Origin: Eledone cirrhosa | Lineage: Eukaryota | Assembly: GCA_964016885.1 (NCBI GenBank) | Contig: OZ024740.1 | Location: 397,854,001-397,918,000 of the forward strand | Direction of reading: 5' to 3' | DNA length: 64,000 nt | Shown: piece by piece, positions 44,958 to 57,520 of the stretch | Numbering within the stretch: the first letter of the stretch is position 1 | Layout of the letters: each line of letters starts with the position of its first letter | Program-made: the position numbers and the translations under genes | The notes under the pieces: generated by a model | What the model saw: the letters and a program-made list of their open reading frames with translations, nothing else | Databases searched by the model: none | What the model was told of the DNA's origin: nothing

Positions 44958-45809
44958 ATATGGGTGAGAAGAATACTGCTGGTTACACATGGATAACATG
45001 TTATAAAATGAGTCCCTCATCAGTGATTTACCAAACGATCATGGGTATTTCATCGCATTAAAAATCATATACCTCACGTTGGAGCGATAATAACTAAAAT
45101 AAGTAATTAGGACAATAGAAACGCGTAAAGCGAGTGAGACAAGTAAACAACACAGGGGGAAGCTAACCGAAGATGGAAATAAACACAAGCAACATAGTTA
45201 TTCTTTCCGCATAAGCTGTGTGAATATATGAGCGAGTCAGAAAACAGACCTTTCGCTAGTGAATCCGGTGTTAGAAAGAATGAAAACCGTTTTCCCAGCG
45301 AACGGGAGGAAGAAAGAAGGGGAGAAACAGGGAATGAGTGAGTGGGAGTGCGAGGAAGAGGTCAGTAGAGAGAAAGAGTTAACTGACATGGCAGAGGGGA
45401 CGAAAGAAAGTAAGAGAAACAGAGAGAACGAGGGAGCAGTAAGAGAGAAAAAGAGAAACACAGAATTGCAGTTGGGTAAATATATGAAAATATGGGTGAG
45501 AAGAATACTGCTGGTTGCACATGGATAACATGTTATAAAATGAGTCCCTCATCAGTGATTTACCAAACGATCATGGATATTTCATCGCATTAAAAATCAT
45601 ATACCTCACGTTGGAGCGATAATAACTAAAATAAGTTATTCGGACAATTTCTATTGTCCTAATAACTTATTTTAGTTATTATCGCTCCAACGTGAGGTAT
45701 ATGATTTTTAATGCGATGAAATACCCATGATCGTTTGGTAAATCACTGATGAGGGACTCATTTTATAACATGTTATCCATGTGCAACCAGCAGTATTCTT
45801 CTCACCCAT
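44950..45809. repeat. Triplicated ~160-bp unit: two direct copies and one inverted copy forming a 157-bp-arm palindrome
   Basis: Unit atgggtgagaagaatactgctgg...ggacaat at about 44960-45117 and 45492-45648, and inverted at 45653-45809 (4-nt loop). Confidence 0.9.
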
Positions 45810-46004
45810 TATTGTTAGTATCATAAATAAGAGACAGTTTATTTTGTACATTTTATTACACCGTTCCTTTATACGTATAATATACATACATAAACATGTT
45901 ATTTATAGTTGTATAAAAAAGAAGTATAATTGCTTCTACTTTTGGCACAAGGCCAGCAATTGTCCCAGTACATTACTGGTACTTTATTATATATAATATA
46001 TATA

Positions 46005-46273
46005 ATACGACATTCCTCTCTCTTACCTACTCTGTCTTTTTAGATAGATACATGCTATAACGTCACGCCCTTATAATATCTGTCTGTATGTCTACTTGTC
46101 TGCATTGGCTTCGCTTCTAACCAACTTTTAATTAATTATATTTATATATATATATATATAATTATATATTCGTGTACATATGTTCAACAGTAATACTATA
46201 CTATATATTTTCAACAGCTATATATATAGAACACGCCAATGGTAGCCGGGCGCCAGTCGGATGGACCAGCTAG
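46005..46273 (+). mobile_element. Non-autonomous Helitron 3' fragment, directly upstream of the next Helitron
   Basis: Shares tagatagatacat.gctataacgtc.cgcc with 46530-46600; ends tagccgggcgccagtcggatggaccagCTAG, homologous to 47641-47670. Confidence 0.6.
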
Positions 46274-47669
46274 TATACTATAAAGCTGACGGCCGTATGT
46301 AGGTAACAAACTTTCCGCCAAACGGCTGGACCAAACAGCACCAAATATGCACCATAGATGTAACTTTTTTCCAGTAAAAAAGTGAGGGCATTTTTATCTA
46401 CTGAATTTTGTTAAAAGATTAAAGACATTATTTAAATATTCACCTCTTTAAAATTTCCAATGTTATACGTCATTCCTCACTTTTTCTTATGACGTCGCAC
46501 AACATTCCCCTCTTTTTCTTAGTCTGTCTTTTTAGATGGATACATAGCTATAACGTAGCGCCATTATAATATGTCTCTGTATGTCTGGCTGTCTGCATTA
46601 GATAACGTTTTTCGAAATAATTACTTCTGCGTTCACAGACGGATTTTTTTAGTTTCAGAAGATCCTGTTAAGGGTGAAAGCAGCGATTCTTTGCTTAAAC
46701 TTTAATCTGTTATTTTAATATATATATTCCTGTACAGATATTTTTGCATACACAAAAAGAAAAACCTATTTATTTCACGAAAGCACAGACGGCTTATCGT
46801 CATTGTTACTGTTCGAGGTTAGAGGACCACAGTCTTTCCAAGATCTGAGAACCATCATTGGCCAACTTACCGTTTGGCTTGCCAGATGCGTGGTATGTTA
46901 CACGATGACAGCCATTGGCACCTCACCCTGCAAGAAGCAGCAGCTGCTAAAGTCCCTTCTCAGCTGCGAAAACGTTTTGCTATTATGCTGCACAACTGCG
47001 ATCTCACCGACCATCTCGCACTGTGGAACAACCACCGTGAAAGTTTAGCCGAGGACATCCTCCACTGCACACGCAGACACAATCCAAACGTAACATACGA
47101 TGTCGTTTTCAATGAAGCGCTCATTTGTCTTGAACACAGTATCCTGGAGATTGGTGGTAGGCCTCTAAGTCACTACAGCTTACCTGCTCCTGACAGGAGT
47201 GTCCAGAGGTCAACGTCTACAGAGCTTCTCCGCGAGACGAGCTACGAGATCAGTGATTCTCCCATGGTCAATTGCATGTAGGATGCTTTAGGGTGAGCTC
47301 GCCAAACAATCTCTTCATCTTAGCTCCGGAGGGCCGAACAAAAAATAATGTATACTCTGAGGCTCTAACAATGTAATTTAAATATTTTCTGTTACTTGGA
47401 ATTTCCATTATGGTTGTACAAATTATTGTTTGTTAAAAAATGTGTTCTCTGTTCAGCCTTTATTGTTGTAACTACTAATTTTCTTTAACGTACTGGCTGT
47501 TGGACTGGGGAATCCTAAAAACTATTCAAACCCAACATCAGAGCACGTTAACCCCCCCCCCCGCTGACTTGAGAGGGCGTGCGGTATCTTTGTACTGGAG
47601 TGTAGGGGGGATTCCTGAAAATATAAAATGCTGGTATACCTAGCCGGAGCCAGCCGGACGGGCCAGTTA

Positions 47670-47670
<1 letters not shown>
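46274..47670 (+). mobile_element. Internally deleted Helitron
   Basis: Peptides LLFEVRGPQSFQDLRT and ACQMRGMLHDDSHW...PSQLR..FAIML..C.....LW (Rep-helicase linker) jump to the helicase C-terminus FSHGQLHVGC..V......GRTKNNVY. Starts tatactataaagc; ends with a GC-rich motif and gccagTTAG before (TA)n. Confidence 0.75.
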
Positions 47671-47736
<66 letters not shown>

Positions 47737-47832
47737 TATAAATATCTGTTCGGATGTAGCAGTCGAAACGACCGGACCTCAGCCGTCGGGTTCCTATATA
47801 TATATATAAGTTTATCCCGGGTTCAATCGGGT

Positions 47833-47881
47833 GCTTCCTGATGATTTCTCACGAATGAAACAGTTCTAGTCCTGTAGAAGC
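47833..47881 (+). ncRNA. Type I hammerhead ribozyme motif (Penelope-like)
   Basis: gcttc-CTGATGA-t ttc tcac gaa t-GAAA-cag ttctagtc ctg-TA-gaagc: all three stems pair, GUA cleavage triplet (47874-47876), CTAG palindrome in loop III. Confidence 0.78.
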
Positions 47882-47924
47882 TTTTCTATATTAAATATAT
47901 ATATATATATACATATAAATTGGA

Positions 47925-48305
47925 ACATCCGTTTAAGAAACGTGAACCAACCACATCTATGCAATGACACGCTTAACAGTCAAGCTGAAGATGAACCATC
48001 TCTTAGAGGTTACTATTCTTGGAGGTAATCTTCAAATAGAAAATGTATTTATTCCCAAGATTCCTCTTATCCCTTTTTCTACTGAGCTGCCTTTCAAATT
48101 CTAAAAGACTCCAGTTCCTGTTAGAGCCAGTTTTGCTATGACCATAAATAAAGCTCGGGCTCAGAGTTTCAAAGTTGTAGAATTGAATACAAGAGAATCA
48201 ATTTTTCCCCATGGACAGTAATATCTAGGTTGTTCACGAGTAGAAACACCTAGAAATCTTCATATATTATGCACGAACGGTAAAACAAAGAATCTGGTGT
48301 ATCTA
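47925..48305 (+). mobile_element. Helitron PIF1-like helicase C-terminal fragment (pseudogenised)
   Basis: Broken frames give LRNVNQPHLCN, VFIPKIPLIP..ELPFKF, PVRASFAMTINKA.AQS, FPHGQ*YLGCSRV and GKTKNLVY. Confidence 0.8.
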
Positions 48306-48333
48306 TGATATTTGGGTGTTTTTTTTTCTTTTG

Positions 48334-48456
<123 letters not shown>

Positions 48457-48567
48457 ACACCACGGTCTTACCTCATACTCTAAACCAGACAACGCATCCA
48501 ATACAGTCGTTTTATTTTCTACCTGTCTTCTCTTATCTGTTTTCCCGAAGCTGAGTATATCACCTAG

Positions 48568-48647
<80 letters not shown>

Positions 48648-49028
48648 AAGACTCTTAGTCTTCATTACGTCATCTCTCTAGGTCACTCTGATATGAAACC
48701 TGCGACTTCGTTTGCATCCAATAATGTAGACCAGTTCTACTTTTTAGGTGAATGCATTCGATGTTGTAAGAGTGGGATTGGCCCCGTGTAGACCTTTCCT
48801 CACTTAAAAAAGCTTTAAGTACAGGCATCGCTTGATATGTGACATTTTTTGGTGATACATAACATTGCTGGCCATAGGCAAGTCCGTGATGCTCATGCTT
48901 AAGTATCAAGCGATGGCATTACTCGAAATCAAGTTGCAGCCATAATGTATGTATGTATGTATGTATGTATGTATGTATGTATGTATGTATGTATGTATGT
49001 ATGTATGTATGTATGTATGTATGTATGT

Positions 49029-49600
49029 TAAGGGGTCATCTCTCCCGATGATTTTGGATTGCCTTGACTCTTAAGAGCTCCTTTGCCCTTTGACAGGTTT
49101 TATTTTTAGTCCTGCAGGATGTCCAAAGTCACCCTCCTCACCAAGAAACCTTGGTGGGGTTGCCAGTTTAGTCGCCAACGACCCGACCATGAGACAGGTT
49201 GTACTGGGATACATGTTACCAGTAGCACCAACTTTGTCAAGGCAGAATTCTAGGAGAAGGAAAACTCTGATATAACACATGCAACCCTGATGGTATCCAA
49301 TGATGTTGACTTGTTCTTCTTTTTGGTAAATATCATCTTGGTTAAGAGAGTGGGACTGGCTTTGTGCAGTGCCTTTGCTCACTATAAAAGCTTCACGGCA
49401 CAGGCATTGCTTTATATCTGGAGATCTCTCTGCACTTGTCATCACATGGTACCATGGGTCCAGCACTATGTGTCAATAATTGTCACAAGTGTAGTGTTTG
49501 TACCAGAGTTTTCAAGTCGCTGGCTGGACTAAAAAGTCACACTTGTTCAGCGCATGGATATAAAGTAGTGGCCGTACTCGAAAACGAGTTGGCAGCCACC
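49029..49600. mobile_element. RTE-like LINE composite fragment embedded in (TATG)n
   Basis: 49370-49600 duplicates 14339-14591; about 49060-49230 is the reverse-complement paralog of 25475-25650. Confidence 0.6.
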
Positions 49601-50091
49601 ATGTATGTATGCATGTATGTATGTATGTATCAGTGACGAAGGGTAACCTGGAAAGCAGGGCATGCAGTCCAATCGCCATGGCGGAAAGTGGGGATGTGCA
49701 GCCTTACCCCCCCTCCAAATTCCCTCTAAATGACCCTCCCGGTCAAAGTCGCATGTAGCGTTAATTAGTGTGTGTGTGTGTTATCTTTTTATGTGTCTAC
49801 GATTTAGTAAGCAGTCAAAATTCTGCTTGCCCCAAAGCTGTTGTGTGTTTGTGTGTATGTGTTTGTGTGTATGTGTGTGTGTGTGTTATCTTTTTTTGTG
49901 TCTATAGCCAAAATTCTGCTTGCTTCAACCGACGCAATTGATCAACTCAAGATTCTATAACGCATGCACTGCATGCGTTGCATGCACGGACCCTTCGCCC
50001 CTGGTATGTATGTATGTATGTATGTATGTGCATGTGTGTTCGTGTATGTGTGTATACGTATTTGCGTGTGTCCATTATTTCACTTCAGTGG

Positions 50092-50258
50092 CGGTGGATT
50101 GGCCATGCTTTGCAGCAAAGAGTTACGGCCCTTTACGGTCTGAGTTCAAATCCCACCGAGGTTATCTTTGCCTTTCATCCTTATGGGGTTGATAAAATAA
50201 AGTACCATTAATACACTGGGATAATTGCTGGCCTTGTGCCAACAGTAGAAACAATTAT
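50092..50258 (+). mobile_element. SINE family A
   Basis: Head with a deletion, B box, body, tail. Confidence 0.8.
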
Positions 50259-51156
50259 TTTACCTCAGTAGAAAGTCGTAAAACAGCCGGTTTGAGATAT
50301 GTTATTAATTGTAATCAGGATACAAAACATTTCCTTAAACAATTAACACTTGATATCACGTGTTGAGTACGTCATCCATACAATTTCTTGTGCAAGGAAG
50401 TTATCACGCTAAAAATGACCTTACTTTTTAATTCTCTGCCGTCGATAATGTATCTAATCTAAGCCTTATGGCGGCGAATTGGGAGAGTCGTTAGAACGTT
50501 GGATAGAATGCCTTTTAGCATTTTTCTGGCTCTCTTCGCTCTAAGTTCAAAAGCCTCTGAGGTCATCTTTGTCTTTCATTTTTTTTAGATCGATTTATAA
50601 TTCTATCCGCGGCCTGCTAGCTCAGCGCTTTCCAACGCATCTCCCTTACCATCCTCCGGGGAAACGCCTTCTCCATCCTGTCCGCCGGGGATGTGGGGAG
50701 GCCAGCACGTGGGACCCCATTTGCTCACTATACGGATTAATAGGCAAAGTCCATATTATAAAGCGAATCGTTATTTATGATTCTATCCGTCTTTTGGATG
50801 GGGAGTATGTTTTTCAATTTTATGAAGAAAGGGTGTTTCAGTGTGCTTCAGTGTTTGATATGAATCTGCCAGGTATTTCCAGTATCAAAATGCTGCCACG
50901 CTATGCACATATATACCCGTGTGGTTGTACGGAAAGTTACATCGCTCAATTCCTCATAACTATTACACACATTCAAGACAGTTACTTCCCATATGAAAGA
51001 AATACAACTGTAATATTATTTACATTTTCTCCTGTCCCTGTTTTCCCTACAAACATCATCCTATAAAAACATAAGCTGAACATGATCCGCACCGATTAAA
51101 ACTGATCCAAAGGAGCTTGTAAGGACTATGAGTATTTCTTCTATTTCTCAGAGTAA

Positions 51157-51342
51157 ATAATTGTTTCTACTTTTGGCACAAGGCCAGCAATTACCCAGTG
51201 TATTACTGGTACTTTATTTTATCGACCCCGTAAGGATGAAAGGGAAAGTTAACCTCGGCGGGATTTGAACTCAGACCGTAAAGGGACGTAACTCTATGTT
51301 TCAAAGCATGGTGTCCGACTCTCTACCGATACTGCCAATCCA
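51157..51342 (-). mobile_element. SINE family A, full length with probable TSD
   Basis: Flanked by ttctcagagtaaataat on both sides (about 51145-51161 and 51343-51359). Confidence 0.85.
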
Positions 51343-51364
51343 TTCTCAGAGTAAATAATAAAGA

Positions 51365-51447
<83 letters not shown>

Positions 51448-54400
51448 AACATCAACAAAAACATCACAAACAAAACCCCCACCTCCTGAAAACAAAATAC
51501 CTACAACAAAACGAAAGCACACACAAGAACTACAGACAAAAACAAACACAACACAAGAAAATTACACTTACACTTACATAAACACTGAAAACAAAACACT
51601 AATGGAGACCATCACGAACGACCCTTCGGTGAAATCCGAATGGAAAACTTTCGCCCACTCTATTAAAAATAACAAAAAACTGAACCTAAAACTGATTAGG
51701 GTCCCTATACAAACTTATAGGTCCCTAAAAGAAACATTTGAGAAGGATGTGGGGAATTCCTGCGTGAAACCACTTAACCGCGTCCTTCTCAAATGTCTCC
51801 CCACCCCAGACACCCCCATCCCACCAGACCCCACCCCACCAAACATCTCCGCCCCCACCCCGCCGGAAACCACCACCCATCCAGACAACCCCTCCAACAC
51901 CCCCATGGAAATCGTGCGGCCTGGTCCCCAGGAGACGAAGGGTGAGTGATCTCTTTTCCTCTTTTAACTTTTCAGCACCAACATGGCCAATATAAGAGTT
52001 GGATGTGTGAACGTACGCGGCCTGGGGATGCCTTGGAAACAGGGCAAACTCTTAAACGACCTCAGGTCGCACAGTATGGATGTGGTAGCCATTTGCGAGT
52101 CCAGCATCCACAGCGAGCGACAGCTGGCCCCCATCTTCGATGACTTTGAGATCTACGCATCTCTCTGTCAACCGGGGGGTGGGGGCGGCGTTGCCGTTTT
52201 GCTGCGGAAACACCTGGGCCTCGTAACACAGACGGTACATCTGGACCCGGAGGGTCGACTGGTGGTCCTAGACGTTGACGGTAGTGAAGGTGGAGCCTTC
52301 AGGCTGGTGGCCGCATATACCCCATCCGGGACACCGCGGCCAGACTTCTTCAAACGTCTAGAGACTTTTCTGGGAACGTCCCGCTCCTTGCTTTTAGTGG
52401 GGGACTGGAATGGAATCCTAGATGCACGTTGGGACTATGTGGGAGAATATCCCGATAAAGGGGGGGTGTAACAGCCTCAAACAGTTAATCGACCGATTTG
52501 ACCTGGCCGATAGATATCGACTAGATTTTCCAACTGTGCCACTGTGGACGTGGACTAATCTTAGCGGAACATCTAGATCGTACCTAGATAGGGTTCTAGT
52601 TAGAAATAAGGATAGGGACATGTTAAGCTGTCCACAAATGTTCATGGTTGCCTATTCAGATCACAAACTAGTGACCTGCATGGCCAACCTTGATAGAACC
52701 CATAGATAAGGACCCGGCTACTGGAAGTTGAACTTGTCGTTACCGACAAGCAAAGCCTACAGTAGACGGATTAGCACTCTAGTTAAACAGCACTTGACAG
52801 GGGCCATTGTCAACAACAGATGGTGGTACTCTCTCAAGAGGGCAGTTAGATTAAACTCGTTAGTTTTTAGTAAAGAATTAGCGTTAGATAGAAATAGAAC
52901 CGAGAAGGAACTGGTAGATAAAGTAGAAGAGGCAATTAGAAGTGGCAACGTAGCCAGCGTGCTAGCAACGAGAACGGCCTTGGACCAGTTCTTCGACGCA
53001 AAGCACGAGGGCTGCGTCGTCAGAAGCAAAATACGTGCTCTGGGAAACGAGGGAGCCAAAGCTGTTAGCTGGGCCCGAGTGACGGAGGCAAAAAGTGGCA
53101 ACAAGTCCACGATTCGGTCTTTGAAGGACCAAAACGGACGCGTGATACGTGAGCCGAAGCAGATGTGTGCGGCCTTTCAGCGGCACTTTGCTCAACTGTT
53201 CGGGCGGGGCGGCGCGCCGGGAGGGGCTATGGATTTCGGTCCATACCTCGACGGCCTACCGCGACTCTCGGACAGCGAGGCAAAGTTCTGCGAAAAGCCG
53301 ATTTCAGCCGCTGAGATAGAGGACGCGCTGAGCCAATGCGGCAAACGCAAATCTCCGGGTCTCGACGGTCTACCCTACGAATTTTACGTAGCAATGCCGG
53401 ACTTATTCTCCGGTCTCCTGGAAGCGGTCTACTGCAACTGGCAACAGAACGGGAGAATTCCCAGTTCTGTAACCGGGGGCGTAGTCACACTAATCAGGAA
53501 GGACGAGAATAAGGGGGATGACATAGGCAACTTCCGGCCCATAACTCTGCTAAGCACAGAGTTACAGATTTTGGCCAAGGTGTTGGCAAAGAGGCTGGCG
53601 CTTGTCGTCGAGAACCTGGTGGGAGAAGCGCAGACATGCGCAATCCCGACCAGGTCCATACACGACAACCTCCACCTCATGCGATACATCATAGAGAGGG
53701 TAGGGTGTAAACCCGGCTTCGGTGGGGCCCTGATCAACTTGGATCAGTCTAAGGCTTTCGATAGGGTTGACCATCGTTACCTGGATGCGGTGCTCGCGGC
53801 GGCAGGCTTCGGACCCGTGTTCAGGGGCTGGATTGCTGCAATGCACAACAGCAACATCTGCTCAAGAGTCAAGGTGAACGGCTACCTCTCGGAGCCGTTC
53901 CATATTACGCGATCCATTCGACAGGGATGCCCGCTCTCCTCCCTTCTGTACGTACTGACTCTCGAGCCACTACTGCGGAAGTTGGAGCTATTGCAGGGCA
54001 TCCCTCTGGAACCGGGACTGCGGAAAGCGGCGTCGGCCTACGCCGACGACGTAACAGTAATGGTGTCGAGCGCCTCGCAAATCGAGGAAGTCGGCACCTT
54101 ACTGAAGGAATACGAAAGTTTCACAGGAGTGAAGCTGAACCGGGACAAGTCCATTGGTTTGCAACTCGGATCGTGGAGAGGCAAACCGATGCCTTCCGAT
54201 GGCGTCGTCGGACGTTGGACGGAAGGACCGGTAAAGCTGCTCGGGGTCTGGTTTGGTCCGGACCTCCAGGTGGAGAAGAACTGGAACGAAGTGACGGCCA
54301 AAGTGTTTGCACTCACCCAGAAGTGGGCCGAGTGCAAACTATCCTTGAAAGGTCGAGCGGAGGTGGCGAACACTTTTATAGCGTCCGCCATCTACTACCG

Positions 54401-55656
54401 CTTGACCGTCCTGCCTTGTCCAGCCAAAACGCTCGCCAAAATGGAACGCGCGCTCTTCCGATTCCTTTGGAAGAGGCGGGCTCCTTTAGTGAGAAGATCC
54501 ATCTGCTGCCAACACCCTTCTAATGGAGGGCTTGGGATGCCGTGGTTGACGATGCGCAAACACGCACTCAGGCTGCGGCATCTCTACGTATTCCTCACCG
54601 GACAACCAGTGTGGGCCCCGTTCATGAGGCGAGCCTTCCCACGACTCGTCTCGCTGACTGAGCTGCAATCCGGGGTCAAGCAAAGACCGAGGAAAATGGG
54701 CGACTGGCACATCGAATGTGCTCAGGCGCTCACAGCCCTCTGGCAGGCGGACCCGGCGATCAGTGGAGACTCCACTTCGTCATTCTATAGAGGGTTGATC
54801 CGCAGCAAGTGCGACGACGCGCTCGGTGAAACTCTAGGCGTAGAGGAAGATGAACTGGCCAGTCTGTTAGGTAGGACCTTCCGCCCGGGACCGATGGACA
54901 ACTTCCAAAAGTCTCTGGTCTGGCAGTGCTACCGAGGATCTCTACCAGTTCGAGACAAGCTCTACAGACATGGGCGCCCGGGCAGGGACCCTGCAAAAAA
55001 GATCTGTCCGAGGTGCGTGCGAGACGAAGAAACCGTCGCGCACGCATTCATACACTGCCCGGGCGTCACTGACCTGTGGGGCTATGTAGAACTACTATTG
55101 TCGCGGGTGGGACCAATCCGGTTGACCACCGAGTCCATTGTCATGATCAAACCGCCACCCTCCTTCAAAAACAAAGGAGAGGCGGTTTTCCTTTGTGTGA
55201 TAGCTATGGCGAAAGAGGTTGTATGGTGCACAAGGTTGAAAGGGCTGAGGTCAGACACCTTTCTCTCCGGCCAACAACTGATTCTTTTTTTTAAATGCCA
55301 CTTTGGAAGAAGAATCAGGATGGAGAGAGAGGTGCTGTACCCCAGCAAGTTTTATGAAAGGTGGGTGAAAGTAGCGAGAATGGCCCGAGTGAATGGGCCT
55401 TCTCTCTATATCAGCCTGTAGGTTGAGGAAAAGGAGGAGGAGAGGAAAGGAGTACAAACTCTACGTACTCCTGGAGATGAGGGTTGCACATTTTTTCGGG
55501 GGTATGTTACCCATATAAACTGTCTCCCCCTATTGGGTAAAATCGACTAACTTTTTAAATTGCATTTGTGATAACATTTTACACGTTTTTATTGTATGTA
55601 AACTTCCCCCTTTGTATTTGTCCCCTTCTTTTGTGCCCCCGTGGCTAATAAAGAAA
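51448..55656 (+). mobile_element. Tx1/L1-type non-LTR retrotransposon, 5'-truncated within ORF1, ORF2 nearly intact
   Basis: ORF1 C-terminus ends at 51949. ORF2 starts at ATG 51983 with APE endonuclease (CVNVRGL, ICES, VGDWN, YLDRVL, SDH), GPGYWKLN, RT (KSPGLDG, NFRPITLL, DQSKAFDRV, RQGCPLS, YADD) and a C-terminal CPRC..H...C zinc motif. 3' UTR ends AATAAAGAAA; flanked by (ATCT)n. Confidence 0.93.
51983..55421 (+). pseudogene. Tx1-type ORF2 (APE-RT-zinc finger) with one +1 frameshift and one in-frame stop
   Basis: Three track ORFs join if one G is removed from the G7 run at 52460-52466 and TAA at 52707-52709 is read through (HR*GPGYWKLN), giving about 1145 aa. Confidence 0.85.
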
Positions 55657-55735
55657 TATATCTATCAATATACCTACCTACCAGCTTATTTCTCTCTCTT
55701 TCTCTCTCTCCTTCCCTATCTCTTTTCTCTCTCAC

Positions 55736-55804
<69 letters not shown>

Positions 55805-55810
55805 TTATCT

Positions 55811-56798
55811 ATGGGCGCCTGGCACACCGAGTGTGCCCAGGCGCTCACGGCTCTCTGGCAGGCGGACCCGGCTGTCAGTGGAGAATCCACCTCGTCATTC
55901 TATAGAGGGCTGGTGGTTAGCAGGTGCGACGACGCCCTCAGAGAAGCCCTAGGCATGGAGGAAGACGAACTGGCCAATCTGTTCGGTAGGACATTCAGCC
56001 CGGGACCCATGGATAACTTCCAGAGGTCCCTGGCCTGGCAATGCTACAGAAGGGCTCTGCCCGTTCGAGAAAGGCTCTACAGACACGGGCGCCCGGGTAG
56101 GGACCCCTCGAAAAAGATCTGTCCCAGATGCGTGTGCGACGAGGAAACCGTTGCACACGCATTGGTACACTGCTCGGGCATTGCCGATCTGTGGGGCTAT
56201 GTCGAACAACTGCTGTCAAGGGTGGGACCGACCCGGTTGACCACCGAGTCTATTGTAACGATCAAGCCGCCTCCCCTCTTCAAAAACGAAGAAGAGGCGG
56301 TGTTTCTGTGCGTAATAGCCATGGCGAAAGAGGTTGTATGGTGGACGCGTCTGAAAGAACTGAGGTCAGACACCTTTCTCTCTGGCCAACAACTGGTCCG
56401 TTTCTTCCGATATCATTTCGGAAGAAGGATCAGGTGGAGAGAGAGGTGCTGCATCCCAGCCGTTTTTATGAAAGATGGGTGAAAGTGGCGAGAATGACCC
56501 GTGTGAATGGGCCTTCACTCTACATCAGACTATAGGTGAGGAAGATGAAAGACCAAGGGAGCACCCCTTCTCTGTGCTCCTGAGGAAAAGGGTTGCACAC
56601 TTTTTTTCGGGGGTGTGTGCGACCCCCCAAGGCGCCTCCTCTCTATTGAGGACTTTGTTATAAATTTTATTTTTTGTTATATTTTATTTTATTTTTATAT
56701 ATTGTTATTGCCTCCTCCTTATTGAGGACGCCTTGTTTTGTAAACTCCCCCCATTGTACTTGTCCCACTTTTGATGCCCTGGTGGCAAATAAAAGAAA
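55811..56798 (+). mobile_element. Second, 5'-truncated copy of the Tx1-type LINE (diverged subfamily)
   Basis: Paralogous to 54695-55656 (MGAWHTECAQALTALWQADPA...CPRC); same 3' UTR ending AAATAAAAGAAA; flanked by TCTA repeats. Confidence 0.9.
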
Positions 56799-57156
56799 CA
56801 TATCTATTTATCTATCTATTTCTACACTAAAGTTGACAACGACTTAATTAACATTTTGCGTAGTTGAAAGCCAACAATACAGCAACTACGTCATACGAAG
56901 AATTCCTGGCAAAATCCCAACTGGAGTCACTCGGTACATACAGATTTATAATCTATTATCGTTGCTGATCAGCCCACTCATTCTAGTACTTTTTTAAAGT
57001 AGTACAAACTTCTTTTAAAATATTACCAGATGTCCACATAGTGATGTATTAGCAATATTAGAAGAGTGTTGTCATATGTTATTTAGTTATACCTTGTTAT
57101 ATTTTGAGTTCGAATTCTGCCACGTTCAACTTTGCTTTCATTCTTGCATTATTTCG

Positions 57157-57520
57157 GTGGATTGGCAGTATCGGTAGAGGGTTGGGCCATGCTTTTCAGC
57201 ATAGTTACGTCCCTTTACGATCTGAGTTCAAATCCCGCCGAGGTTGACTTTGCCTTTCATCCTTACGAGGTCGATAAAATAAAGTACCAGTAATGAACTG
57301 GGTAATTGCTGGCCTTGTGCCTAAAGTAGAAACAATTATTTATAAATTAAATAAGGGCGGTGGAGTTGCCAGGGCGGTGGATTGGCAGAATCGGTAGAGC
57401 GTCGGACTCCATGCTTTGCAGTATAGAGTTATGGCCCTTTATGTTCTGAGTTCAAATCCTGCCATGGTTAGCTTTCATCCTTATGGGGTCGATAAAATAA
57501 AGCACCAGTAATGCACTGGG
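57157..57520 (+). mobile_element. Two tandem SINE family A copies
   Basis: Copies at 57157-57340 and 57376-57520. Confidence 0.8.

Noticed and set aside
46650-46695. Hammerhead-like CAGAAGA-tcctgttaagggt-GAAA inside the Helitron
   Set aside because: The core is mutated (CAG for CTG) and there is no convincing stem I, stem III or UH site.
52757-55457. Antisense and alternative-frame ORFs over the LINE
   Set aside because: Shadow ORFs of the GC-rich ORF2.
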